Virus record (IMG/VR): IMGVR_UViG_3300005056_000005
Span: 1-46,302 of that record
Length of the DNA stretch: 46,302 bases
Direction: 5' to 3' (one strand)
Source: a virus
The translations under genes and the position numbers were made by a program. The stretch's first letter is position 1. Every line of letters starts with the position of its first letter. Positions 40,394-46,302 of the stretch are shown here, piece after piece. A model generated the notes under the pieces. That model had not been told where the DNA came from. It saw nothing but the letters and a program-made list of their open reading frames with translations, and did not search any database.

Positions 40394-40780
40394 ATGAAAT
40401 ACATAGACCTTTACGACATACACGACGCAGCGTTTGCCAATCGAGCAGAATGTAGCTCGTGTGAGTGGCATAGAGGCGAGGGATTAGACGCAGTGTGTCT
40501 CAAGCTAGACGATATGGAGCATCATGATTGCCCATTTGTTAGCGCTGTTCTTAGTGACGCAGAGGCTATAATTGGGTGCGAAAATAAAGACATGATTATT
40601 GAGTTTGCAGACAAAATTATGGAATTAGAGCTGGATAAGCGCGAAAAAGAATCGATATCAGTGGGCGCGTTTAGTCTTTTCGTATCCCAAAATCAGGAAA
40701 TTCTAAAACCTAAAATCACTGATTTTTTTACCAGTCGGCTACGTGATGATAATAATTATAGGAGCGTTATCTATGTGTGA
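40394..40780 (+). CDS. hypothetical protein (128 aa from MKYIDLYDIH)
   Basis: The first ATG downstream of the candidate promoter. The track start at 40331 overlaps the -35 element. Confidence 0.65.
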   Translation: MKYIDLYDIHDAAFANRAECSSCEWHRGEGLDAVCLKLDDMEHHDCPFVSAVLSDAEAIIGCENKDMIIEFADKIMELELDKREKESISVGAFSLFVSQNQEILKPKITDFFTSRLRDDNNYRSVIYV

Positions 40781-40913
40781 ATTTATAGAGTGGTTAGGTG
40801 GTTATTTCGCCGCTATAAGCGGGATTGATTGCGGGGTTAGATCGTTAAATTTTATTTATGGCTATGGTTGCGGTTATGAGCAGTGCGAAAAAGACTCTGT
40901 AAATTATTTCTAA
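40773..40913 (+). CDS. possible 46-aa Cys/Gly/Tyr-rich peptide
   Basis: My own translation gives MCEFIEWLGGYFAAISGIDCGVRSLNFIYGYGCGYEQCEKDSVNYF. SD GGAG lies 8 nt upstream, and it overlaps the upstream stop. Confidence 0.45.
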   Translation: MCEFIEWLGGYFAAISGIDCGVRSLNFIYGYGCGYEQCEKDSVNYF

Positions 40914-40947
40914 TCGCGACTTTTATTAAATGCATAAAGGATGAAAT

Positions 40948-41565
40948 ATGGACGAGCGATTTTTAAATCTGGAAGGGTTGAGGAAGCCATTCCCAGAAGA
41001 ATTTGTAGGGAAGCTGCCTAAACCTACCAAAAAGCAAACCGATGAAGTTAGGGCGGATTTCAAAAAAGGCGTGCGTTGTGTAATTTGCGGCGGATGGCAT
41101 CACCCTAACGTTATCCACCTTGATTACGTCGGCCATGCTGCATTAACTGCTAGATTGCTAGATATTGATCCAGAGTGGAACTGGGAGCCGTTGGGAACTA
41201 ATGACATAGGATTACCTGTACTTGATAAAGACGGGCTGCTATGGATTAAATTGACAGTGTGCGGATTAACCCGAATTGGTTGTGGTGATGCTGGAAACAA
41301 GACTGGTGGTGATGCAATGAAAGAGCGCATCGGTGACGCTCTAAGAAACGCTGGCATGAGGTTTGGGCTAGCCTTGGACCTATGGCATAAGGAGGGAGGG
41401 TTGCCGGTAGGTGAGTCATTTGAAGAGCCTGCGGTTATTTCTGATGAAAATATTAAAAGGATTAAAGAAGGTAGCAAAAATGGTGCAAGCATCTCACAAA
41501 TAGCACATAGATTAAAACTAACTGAAAAAGAAGTTAAAACCGTATTGGAGAATAAAGATGGGTAA
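40948..41565 (+). CDS. putative ssDNA-annealing recombinase (Rad52/DUF1071-like)
   Basis: [38 protein letters not shown]...[26 protein letters not shown]. It lies directly upstream of ssb. The family is recalled, not searched. Confidence 0.5.
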   Translation: MDERFLNLEGLRKPFPEEFVGKLPKPTKKQTDEVRADFKKGVRCVICGGWHHPNVIHLDYVGHAALTARLLDIDPEWNWEPLGTNDIGLPVLDKDGLLWIKLTVCGLTRIGCGDAGNKTGGDAMKERIGDALRNAGMRFGLALDLWHKEGGLPVGESFEEPAVISDENIKRIKEGSKNGASISQIAHRLKLTEKEVKTVLENKDG

Positions 41566-42055
41566 AGGCGTTAACAAAGTAATAATTGTCGGGAATTTGG
41601 GTCAAGATCCAGAGGTTAAATATATGCCCAGCGGCGACTGTATAGCTAATATATCAATAGCTACCAGCGAATCTTGGAAAGACAAGCAGACAGGTCAACA
41701 GCAAGAGCGTACCGAGTGGCATCAGGCATGTTTTTTTGGAAGACTTGCTGAAATAGCTAGGGATTATTTAAAAAAAGGCGCTAAGGTTTACATAGAAGGG
41801 TCTCTAAGAACAAGAAAATGGAAAGATAAGCAGACAGGTCAGGACAGATATAGTACTGATATTGTGGTTAAGGAAATGCAAATGTTAGACAGTAGAGGCG
41901 ACAACCCGCAGCCCGGACAGCAGCCCGGACAGCAGCCTAGCCAACCGCAACAACAGAGCCAGCAGCAGAGCCAGCAGCAGCCGCAACAGAATCAAGGGTA
42001 TCAGCCTGCTGGTCCTGATGTTGGGGATGCTTTTGATGACGATATCCCATTCTAA
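41558..42055 (+). CDS. ssb: single-stranded DNA-binding protein
   Basis: The OB-fold N-terminus [21 protein letters not shown]...TEWH, the Gln/Pro-rich linker and the acidic tail DDDIPF are all present. Confidence 0.95.
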   Translation: MGKGVNKVIIVGNLGQDPEVKYMPSGDCIANISIATSESWKDKQTGQQQERTEWHQACFFGRLAEIARDYLKKGAKVYIEGSLRTRKWKDKQTGQDRYSTDIVVKEMQMLDSRGDNPQPGQQPGQQPSQPQQQSQQQSQQQPQQNQGYQPAGPDVGDAFDDDIPF

Positions 42056-42089
42056 GATTATGTTATAAACAAATGCAGGGATTAAAGAA

Positions 42090-42221
42090 ATGATTGTTAA
42101 GAAAATATGGTTTAACAGGAAAAGCAGAAACCGGCACGCGGGAAAACATGTGGAAATGTGCGGCTGGTTTCTATTCGGATTTATACCACTTTACATAGTT
42201 GAGTCCAGAACGATCGGTTAG
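42090..42221 (+). CDS. possible 43-aa peptide in the ssb-downstream spacer
   Basis: My own translation gives MIVKKIWFNRKSRNRHAGKHVEMCGWFLFGFIPLYIVESRTIG. It is preceded by GGGATTAAAGAA, which resembles the leader motif. It contains a long hairpin, so it may be non-coding. Confidence 0.25.
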   Translation: MIVKKIWFNRKSRNRHAGKHVEMCGWFLFGFIPLYIVESRTIG

Positions 42222-42309
42222 CCAATATTTCAGTGTTAGCTCGTAACTAGACCACTGGTGGTGCCCCGGTGGCACTGAAACGGTTGCCGACCCGTACGAG
42301 CACGGCTCC

Positions 42310-42337
42310 ACCATATTGTTAGCGCCAGCAATATGGT
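42310..42337 (+). other. stem-loop ACCATATTG-N10-CAATATGGT (copy 1 of 3)
   Basis: A perfect 9-bp stem immediately upstream of leader copy 1. Confidence 0.6.
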
Positions 42338-42343
42338 TTGGTA

Positions 42344-42370
42344 AATAACAACACATTAAAGGATAAGAAA
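42344..42370 (+). repeat. conserved leader AATAACAACACATTAAAGGATAAGAAA, copy 1 of 8
   Basis: It directly precedes ATG 42371. Confidence 0.8.
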
Positions 42371-42568
42371 ATGGATGAAGGTAGGAACAGAGGAAAGTGT
42401 CCTAAGTGTCGATGTAAGAAGGTTAACATCTACGACCACCCCACCGTCTTGCGCCCTGATCAATATACAGAGTACAGTTGTGAAAATTGTGGGTGGCTTG
42501 TTGGTATGATTGACAATTCGCCCTATGTTAGTTGTTACGATTTTGAAGATTTTGTAATAGAAATATAA
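42371..42568 (+). CDS. small zinc-ribbon protein (65 aa from MDEGRNRGKCPKC)
   Basis: CPKC...CENC motifs. The start is set by the conserved leader; the track start at 42338 lies inside the leader. Confidence 0.7.
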   Translation: MDEGRNRGKCPKCRCKKVNIYDHPTVLRPDQYTEYSCENCGWLVGMIDNSPYVSCYDFEDFVIEI

Positions 42569-42590
42569 AAACACATTAAAGGATAAGAAA
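42567..42590 (+). repeat. conserved leader, copy 2 (AAAAACACATTAAAGGATAAGAAA)
   Basis: It directly precedes ATG 42591. Confidence 0.8.
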
Positions 42591-42782
42591 ATGAGCGACG
42601 TAAAAAAAACAATTCTAGATTCAATCGACGATGTTGTTGGTGATTTTATGTATTACGATAGAAAAGAGGACGAGGATTTGCCATTGGGCGCAATAGAGGA
42701 GGCCTTAAAAGCAGGAGATATCACATACAATGAAATTGTAGACAGATTCAAACAGAAAATATATGAAGTGCTTAGTTTATGA
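42591..42782 (+). CDS. hypothetical acidic protein (63 aa)
   Basis: An ORF after leader copy 2. Confidence 0.7.
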   Translation: MSDVKKTILDSIDDVVGDFMYYDRKEDEDLPLGAIEEALKAGDITYNEIVDRFKQKIYEVLSL

Positions 42783-42785
42783 TTT

Positions 42786-42809
42786 ATCAATACATTAAAG
42801 GATAAGAAA
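42786..42809 (+). repeat. conserved leader, copy 3 (ATCAATACATTAAAGGATAAGAAA)
   Basis: It directly precedes ATG 42810. Confidence 0.8.
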
Positions 42810-43760
42810 ATGAGTGAAGACAAATCTAGTCTTGAGATAGTACTAGAACAAACTAGCGCTTTAGTGGTGTTTAAAAAAGATGGAGTAGAGAATCTTGTTA
42901 GTAAGATCGAGGACGAAGTCAGAAGTGTTGTGCATGATGTTACAACAAAAAACGGCAGGAAGGAAATGGCTTCTCTTGCCTATAAAGTTAGCTGTTCTAA
43001 GACTGCATTAGACGCCCTTGGAAAAGATTTAGTGGCTGAATGGAAAGCAAAGTCTAAGGCGGTAGACTCGGATCGAAAGAAAATAAGAGATAGACTTGAC
43101 GCCTTGAGGGATGAAGTTAGAAATCCATTAACTGAATGGGAAGCGGTGGAAAAAGCCAAAGTTGAAAAAGAAAAATTAGAGACTGAAAAAGCCAAAGCGC
43201 AAGAATTCGCAATAGATGAAAACGATTTATTTGATAGGCAAAAGGCGATCGAATTAAAAGAAGAAGAGCAGCGGCAAGCAGAGTTAAAGCGCATTGAGGA
43301 AGAGGGGGTGGCCAAGGCTGAAAAAGAACAGCGCGAACGAGAAGAGAGATTATTGAGCAAGGCGGCAGAGGAGGCTAAAGAGGAAGCTCAGCGTAAGGCA
43401 CAGCAGGCAAAGGTTGACGCAGAAGAGCGACTGAATGAAGAGCGTGAAGCTAAGCAAAAAGCTCAGTGGAAGGCGGAACAGGAAAAGGTTTTGGCGGAAG
43501 AGCGCAGAATTAAAGACCTTGAAGAACAAGAAGAACGACTAAAAAAAGAGCACAAAGCCAAGGAAGCGGAACGCCTAAAAAAAGAGGCTGACGAACGAGA
43601 AAAGGCAGAAATAAAAGCAGCCGATAAAAAAAATCAAAGAATTATTAACAACGAAATATTAGCTTCCCTTCAATCTATTGGGATAAGCGAGGAACATTCT
43701 AGATTGATAATCACTAAAGTGGCCAGAAATGAAATTCCAAAGTTGAAAATAATTTACTGA
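42810..43760 (+). CDS. Glu/Lys-rich coiled-coil protein (316 aa), DUF1351-like?
   Basis: A long EKAKxE-type helical region. The N-terminal block LAYKVSCSKTALDALGKDLVAEWKAKSKAVDSDRKKIRDRLDALRDEV resembles DUF1351 proteins found near phage recombinases. Confidence 0.7.
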   Translation: MSEDKSSLEIVLEQTSALVVFKKDGVENLVSKIEDEVRSVVHDVTTKNGRKEMASLAYKVSCSKTALDALGKDLVAEWKAKSKAVDSDRKKIRDRLDALRDEVRNPLTEWEAVEKAKVEKEKLETEKAKAQEFAIDENDLFDRQKAIELKEEEQRQAELKRIEEEGVAKAEKEQREREERLLSKAAEEAKEEAQRKAQQAKVDAEERLNEEREAKQKAQWKAEQEKVLAEERRIKDLEEQEERLKKEHKAKEAERLKKEADEREKAEIKAADKKNQRIINNEILASLQSIGISEEHSRLIITKVARNEIPKLKIIY

Positions 43761-43788
43761 ACCATATTGCTAGCGTCAGCAATATGGT
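43761..43788 (+). other. stem-loop ACCATATTGCT-agcgtc-AGCAATATGGT (copy 2 of 3)
   Basis: A perfect 11-bp stem that begins 1 nt after the upstream stop. Confidence 0.6.
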
Positions 43789-43801
43789 GCGGATAGTAAT
43801 A

Positions 43802-43828
43802 AATAACAACACATTAAAGGGGATGAAA
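43802..43828 (+). repeat. conserved leader, copy 4 (AATAACAACACATTAAAGGGGATGAAA)
   Basis: It directly precedes ATG 43829. Confidence 0.8.
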
Positions 43829-43999
43829 ATGGATAAGTGTAGCCCTGTAGAAATGAGAAAGAATCTATGTCTTGTAGATGAGTTTGTAAAAGCTGGCATT
43901 GATTTTGTAGCTATTCCAGCGTTGAGCGATAGTGACAAAGCAGCACTAATTAATCAGCAAAATACCGCTTTAACTAAAGCGATAGAGTCATGTGAATAA
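43829..43999 (+). CDS. hypothetical protein (56 aa from MDKCSPVEM)
   Basis: The start is set by analogy with the other leader copies. Confidence 0.65.
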   Translation: MDKCSPVEMRKNLCLVDEFVKAGIDFVAIPALSDSDKAALINQQNTALTKAIESCE

Positions 44000-44014
44000 C
44001 AACACATTAAAGGG
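43995..44014 (+). repeat. conserved leader, copy 5 (AATAACAACACATTAAAGGG), not followed by an ATG
   Basis: It runs directly into the gene remnant at 44015. Confidence 0.75.
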
Positions 44015-44083
44015 GTGCAAGGCGAGCACTACCCATGCAAGCCTGATATTTTTTCAGCAACTTATGATGTGGTAGAGGCATAA
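44015..44083 (+). pseudogene. probable 3' remnant of a small phage gene (reads ...IKGVQGEHYPCKPDIFSATYDVVEA*)
   Basis: It has only 22 codons from a GTG. GE.YPCKPDIF..TY..V matches the C-terminal signature of a small phage protein family as I recall it. No N-terminal part is present. Confidence 0.4.
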
Positions 44084-44136
44084 CCCCCTTGCTCACTTGC
44101 GGGAACGCAGTGAACGTCAACGTGGAGAATTTTGTT

Positions 44137-44358
44137 ATGAATACTTGGCCAGACGGGAAGCGCAGAGCTATGACGCAGTGTGAGCACGCTGCATGGAATG
44201 CTTATAATTATCCCGGCACATTGCAGCTTTGCTGCCAATGCAAAAGTGAAACGGGTAGATGCGAAGAAGATGAGATTTACTTAGATGACGGGGAGACCGG
44301 TCCGCTATGCGAGGAATGTTATCACAATAGTGATGAGTATAAATTGCAGGATTCATAA
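44137..44358 (+). CDS. Cys-rich hypothetical protein (73 aa from MNTWPDGKRR)
   Basis: SD GGAGAA lies 7 nt upstream of ATG 44137. The motifs are CCQC...C...CEEC. Confidence 0.65.
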   Translation: MNTWPDGKRRAMTQCEHAAWNAYNYPGTLQLCCQCKSETGRCEEDEIYLDDGETGPLCEECYHNSDEYKLQDS

Positions 44359-44367
44359 CCTTGAGTT

Positions 44368-44384
44368 AAGCGGTTTATCCGCTT
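44368..44384 (+). other. stem-loop AAGCGG-tttat-CCGCTT just after the stop codon
   Basis: A perfect 6-bp stem with no U-tract. Confidence 0.4.
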
Positions 44385-44391
44385 GAACGAC

Positions 44392-44415
44392 CATTTTGTT
44401 AGCGCCAACAATATG
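44392..44415 (+). other. stem-loop CATTTTGTT-agcgcc-AACAATATG (copy 3 of 3, one mismatch)
   Basis: A degenerate copy of the 42310 and 43761 hairpins. Confidence 0.5.
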
Positions 44416-44428
44416 CTCAGTAAATTAT

Positions 44429-44455
44429 AAATAACAACACATTAAAGGATAAATA
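44429..44455 (+). repeat. conserved leader, copy 6 (AAATAACAACACATTAAAGGATAAATA)
   Basis: It directly precedes ATG 44456. Confidence 0.8.
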
Positions 44456-44725
44456 ATGGTTTTTGCAATCGTGAAAGTGCCGCCCGGCACTGACTTAAAC
44501 GTAGACCGGCATATTGAAACTACTGACGAGGAAGACAGTAACATGATTTGGCTGGCGGAAAAGGAGCCAAATTTTATCAATCTAACGCGCCCTGGTTACG
44601 GCACTAGACAGGAATATAAAAACGGCAGTGCTTACGTGAAAACAAGCGAAAATTTAGAGTTCATAACGCCCTGGTGTTTGCTAAATAGTCCGCTGCTAGA
44701 CGAGGTTAGGGGCTGGAAGTTTTAA
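44456..44725 (+). CDS. hypothetical protein (89 aa)
   Basis: An ORF after leader copy 6. Confidence 0.7.
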   Translation: MVFAIVKVPPGTDLNVDRHIETTDEEDSNMIWLAEKEPNFINLTRPGYGTRQEYKNGSAYVKTSENLEFITPWCLLNSPLLDEVRGWKF

Positions 44726-44727
44726 CT

Positions 44728-44751
44728 AAATAACAACACATTAAAGGATAA
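44728..44751 (+). repeat. conserved leader, copy 7 (AAATAACAACACATTAAAGGATAA)
   Basis: It directly precedes ATG 44752. Confidence 0.8.
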
Positions 44752-45015
44752 ATGATGCCCTATTTTAACGAGTCCCCAGACACTTACGATTTGACAAAAG
44801 ATGAGCGGAATTGGTGTAAAAAACTAGAGAATTTACTGAAGAAAACACCGCCTAGATTCGGCATAGCGACGGTCGGTAATGCAGCGCTATCAATTTTTGA
44901 CCGAGACGAGTGCGAACTCAGAGGTATCGAGCAAGAAGAGGACAGTATTGGAAAGTATAATTTAGTACTTGCGACTATAGAGAGCAGTAAACATATCCAA
45001 GGCTGGTGTGGATAG
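44752..45015 (+). CDS. hypothetical protein (87 aa)
   Basis: An ORF after leader copy 7. Confidence 0.7.
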   Translation: MMPYFNESPDTYDLTKDERNWCKKLENLLKKTPPRFGIATVGNAALSIFDRDECELRGIEQEEDSIGKYNLVLATIESSKHIQGWCG

Positions 45016-45018
45016 TTT

Positions 45019-45040
45019 ATAACAACACATTAAAGGATAA
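45019..45040 (+). repeat. conserved leader, copy 8 (ATAACAACACATTAAAGGATAA), followed by a second SD AAGGAG
   Basis: The ATG at 45059 lies 18 nt further downstream than in the other copies. Confidence 0.75.
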
Positions 45041-45058
45041 AAAAGGAGTGGTGCGACT

Positions 45059-45349
45059 ATGAATAAATTTTTCAGGTGGTTTGATAGTTTGAATGACCCC
45101 TATAAGGGTCGAGTGGAATCATTGAATGAATGTATTGAAGAAATAAACAATAAAGCAATTGAAGCGTCTCGCGCAAAGAGAGACGCTCTAATCAAAGAGT
45201 GGCCACTAGGTTCAAAAGTCGATAGATTTGGATTAACGCTATACATTACAGGTCATACCTCGCTAGGGGTGGAATTTGAATATGTAACGAACGGGGTTAT
45301 TTACAGAATAGAATATCGTCAAGATCAATTAGTGGATTTTGAAAAATGA
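45059..45349 (+). CDS. hypothetical protein (96 aa), tandem paralog 1
   Basis: It shares WPLGSKV...EFEYVTNG.I..I.Y..DQL.DFEK with the next gene. Confidence 0.75.
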   Translation: MNKFFRWFDSLNDPYKGRVESLNECIEEINNKAIEASRAKRDALIKEWPLGSKVDRFGLTLYITGHTSLGVEFEYVTNGVIYRIEYRQDQLVDFEK

Positions 45350-45624
45350 TTAAAAAACTAATGGAAAAGAAGGCAAAGAGGCGTGCCAAGCTGGACAAGG
45401 AATTAGCCCTCGAACTCGAAAAAATCGATCTAATCAGAGACCGTCAGGCCGACGTTCAGCGCGACTGGCCACTAGGAAAAAAAGTCTCGCGCATGAAAAT
45501 ACCCATGATGGTTAGCCTCCATCACAGCGGGAACCAGATTGATTTTGAATACGTCGCTAACGGCAAAATACAAATAATCACGTATTATCACGAACAATTA
45601 GGGGAATTTGAAAAATGCTTATAA
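45346..45624 (+). CDS. hypothetical protein (92 aa), tandem paralog 2
   Basis: It has WPLGKKV...DFEYVANGKIQIITYYHEQLGEFEK and an ATGA overlap with paralog 1. Confidence 0.75.
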   Translation: MIKKLMEKKAKRRAKLDKELALELEKIDLIRDRQADVQRDWPLGKKVSRMKIPMMVSLHHSGNQIDFEYVANGKIQIITYYHEQLGEFEKCL

Positions 45625-45803
45625 CAACGATAATAATTCTTGAGATTTTGGGTGCTGTAATGTTTGTCGGCTGGATGAGTAGCGATGAATCAGCCGAACA
45701 CTCTTTTTTTTCAACGGTTATCGTGTCCCTATTTTGGCCGATATTTGCAGTGCTCTATTTGTCTGTAGGCATATTTCAAGCATTGAGGAGGGCTAAATGT
45801 TGA
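45615..45803 (+). CDS. small two-TM membrane protein (62 aa)
   Basis: Hydrophobic segments ITTIIILEILGAVMFVGWM and VIVSLFWPIFAVLYLSVGIF. Confidence 0.65.
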   Translation: MLITTIIILEILGAVMFVGWMSSDESAEHSFFSTVIVSLFWPIFAVLYLSVGIFQALRRAKC

Positions 45804-45982
45804 CTTGGCTAGATTGGTGCCTATACGCCTATTGGCCCTCTTTGATGTTAACCGTGGCTGGGTTTTGTGTATTGTATTACGCGACATATAATACGCTAAA
45901 CGGAATTAGTGCTGCTGTTTTTATAGGGTCCTGCGTGTGGGTTGTTTGGGCGTATAGTAGGCAAGGTTTTGGGGTCGGATAA
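45797..45982 (+). CDS. small two-TM membrane protein (61 aa)
   Basis: Hydrophobic segments SLMLTVAGFCVLYYA and ISAAVFIGSCVWVVWAY. It overlaps the upstream stop. Confidence 0.65.
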   Translation: MLTWLDWCLYAYWPSLMLTVAGFCVLYYATYNTLNGISAAVFIGSCVWVVWAYSRQGFGVG

Positions 45983-46025
45983 TGAAAGATGTGATGTGGC
46001 TTGCTTGGCGGGCCGCAAGGGGCAT

Positions 46026-46302
46026 TTAATCTTCCTCGCGTCTAAGCGGTTGGCCTTCTTCTTTGCGAAGTCTGGCCGCTTCAAGACGCTCCTCTTCTTT
46101 GCGTTTCATTATCCCCACTTCCATTTTTATTTTTTGCAAATTCGCGTAATGGACTCTAATAAGAAGGATTGATAATATCATTCCTATCAGCATTGAGACC
46201 TTGCCAATTCCATCAGGAATTAAATCAATTATCGTCCCCGTCCCTACTGTTCCCGACGCCACCGCCGCGCCTATCCTGGGGTCGGCCATCAATTCTTTGA
46301 CG
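46026..46302 (-). CDS. holin-like membrane protein; the true ATG lies 5 nt beyond the window end (equivalent to position 104)
   Basis: There are two hydrophobic segments (IGAAVASGTVGTGTIIDLI, VSMLIGMILSILLIRV) followed by a highly charged tail KRKEEERLEAARLRKEEGQPLRREED. It is the last gene of the late/lysis block. Confidence 0.5.
   Translation of the reverse strand, partial: VKELMADPRIGAAVASGTVGTGTIIDLIPDGIGKVSMLIGMILSILLIRVHYANLQKIKMEVGIMKRKEEERLEAARLRKEEGQPLRREED
46204..46302. repeat. second copy of the 99-bp terminal overlap
   Basis: Identical to 1..99. Confidence 0.95.

Noticed and set aside
42238-42313. A tRNA-like impression: GCTCGT...ACGAGC complementary ends, an ACGG-loop-CCGT arm, and a downstream ...CTCCACCA.
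   Set aside because: The candidate is only about 65 nt. It has no proper D-arm or 5-bp T-stem with a TTCRA loop, position 8 is not T, and the acceptor pairing is imperfect. It is not a tRNA.
42171-42574. Minus-strand track ORFs 42171..42356 and 42356..42574 (also 42980..43360, 43714..43938, 44168..44356 and 45896..46084).
   Set aside because: They are antisense to the plus-strand block and its leader motifs, and they have no RBS.
42344-45040. Regularly recurring ~24-nt repeats that could be mistaken for a CRISPR array.
   Set aside because: The spacing is irregular (190 to 1019 bp). Each repeat ends at an ATG with an embedded SD, and the intervening DNA is coding. These are RBS leaders, not CRISPR repeats.
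45983-46025. A possible bidirectional terminator between the convergent right-arm operon and the holin-like gene (CTTGC...GCAAG).
   Set aside because: It has only a 5-bp stem with a 10-nt loop and no U-tract on either strand, which is too weak to call.

Overview
This window is a complete, circularly closed genome of a tailed dsDNA phage. The unique length is about 46.2 kb, and positions 1..99 are identical to 46204..46302. The phage has a contractile, Mu-like tail and baseplate.

There are four transcription blocks:

(i) A roughly 30-kb minus-strand late block runs 30074->101 and continues across the junction to 46026. In order it encodes: a ParB-like domain protein, a C5 DNA methyltransferase, TerS/TerL, a five-gene accessory insert, a DUF1073-type portal, a MuF-like protein, a DUF2213-like protein, two duplicated decoration-like genes, the major capsid protein, three paralogous beta-rich genes, connectors, a 662-aa neck/tail protein with a glycosidase-like C-terminal domain, sheath, tube, a chaperone with a candidate -1 frameshift, tape measure, Mu gp43-48-like baseplate, fibre, a GH108-type endolysin and membrane proteins.

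(ii) A plus-strand early block (30128->34555) holds small ORFans driven by four near-identical sigma70-type promoter/operator/leader cassettes.

(iii) A minus-strand lambdoid-like replication and nin-like block runs 40247->34522. It encodes an HTH protein, a DUF1376 O-like initiator with a candidate internal origin, a lambda-P-like protein, a NinB-like protein, a VRR-NUC-like nuclease, a Ref-like nuclease, two extraordinary Ser/Arg/Gly/Trp repeat proteins, and a second HTH protein.

(iv) A plus-strand block (40334->45982) encodes a Rad52-like annealase, SSB and many small ORFans. Most of these are preceded by a conserved AACAACACATTAAAGG leader.

I saw no integrase, CI-type repressor, tRNA, rRNA or CRISPR array. 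ATGA-type start/stop overlaps are pervasive. All family names come from motif recollection; no database search was run.
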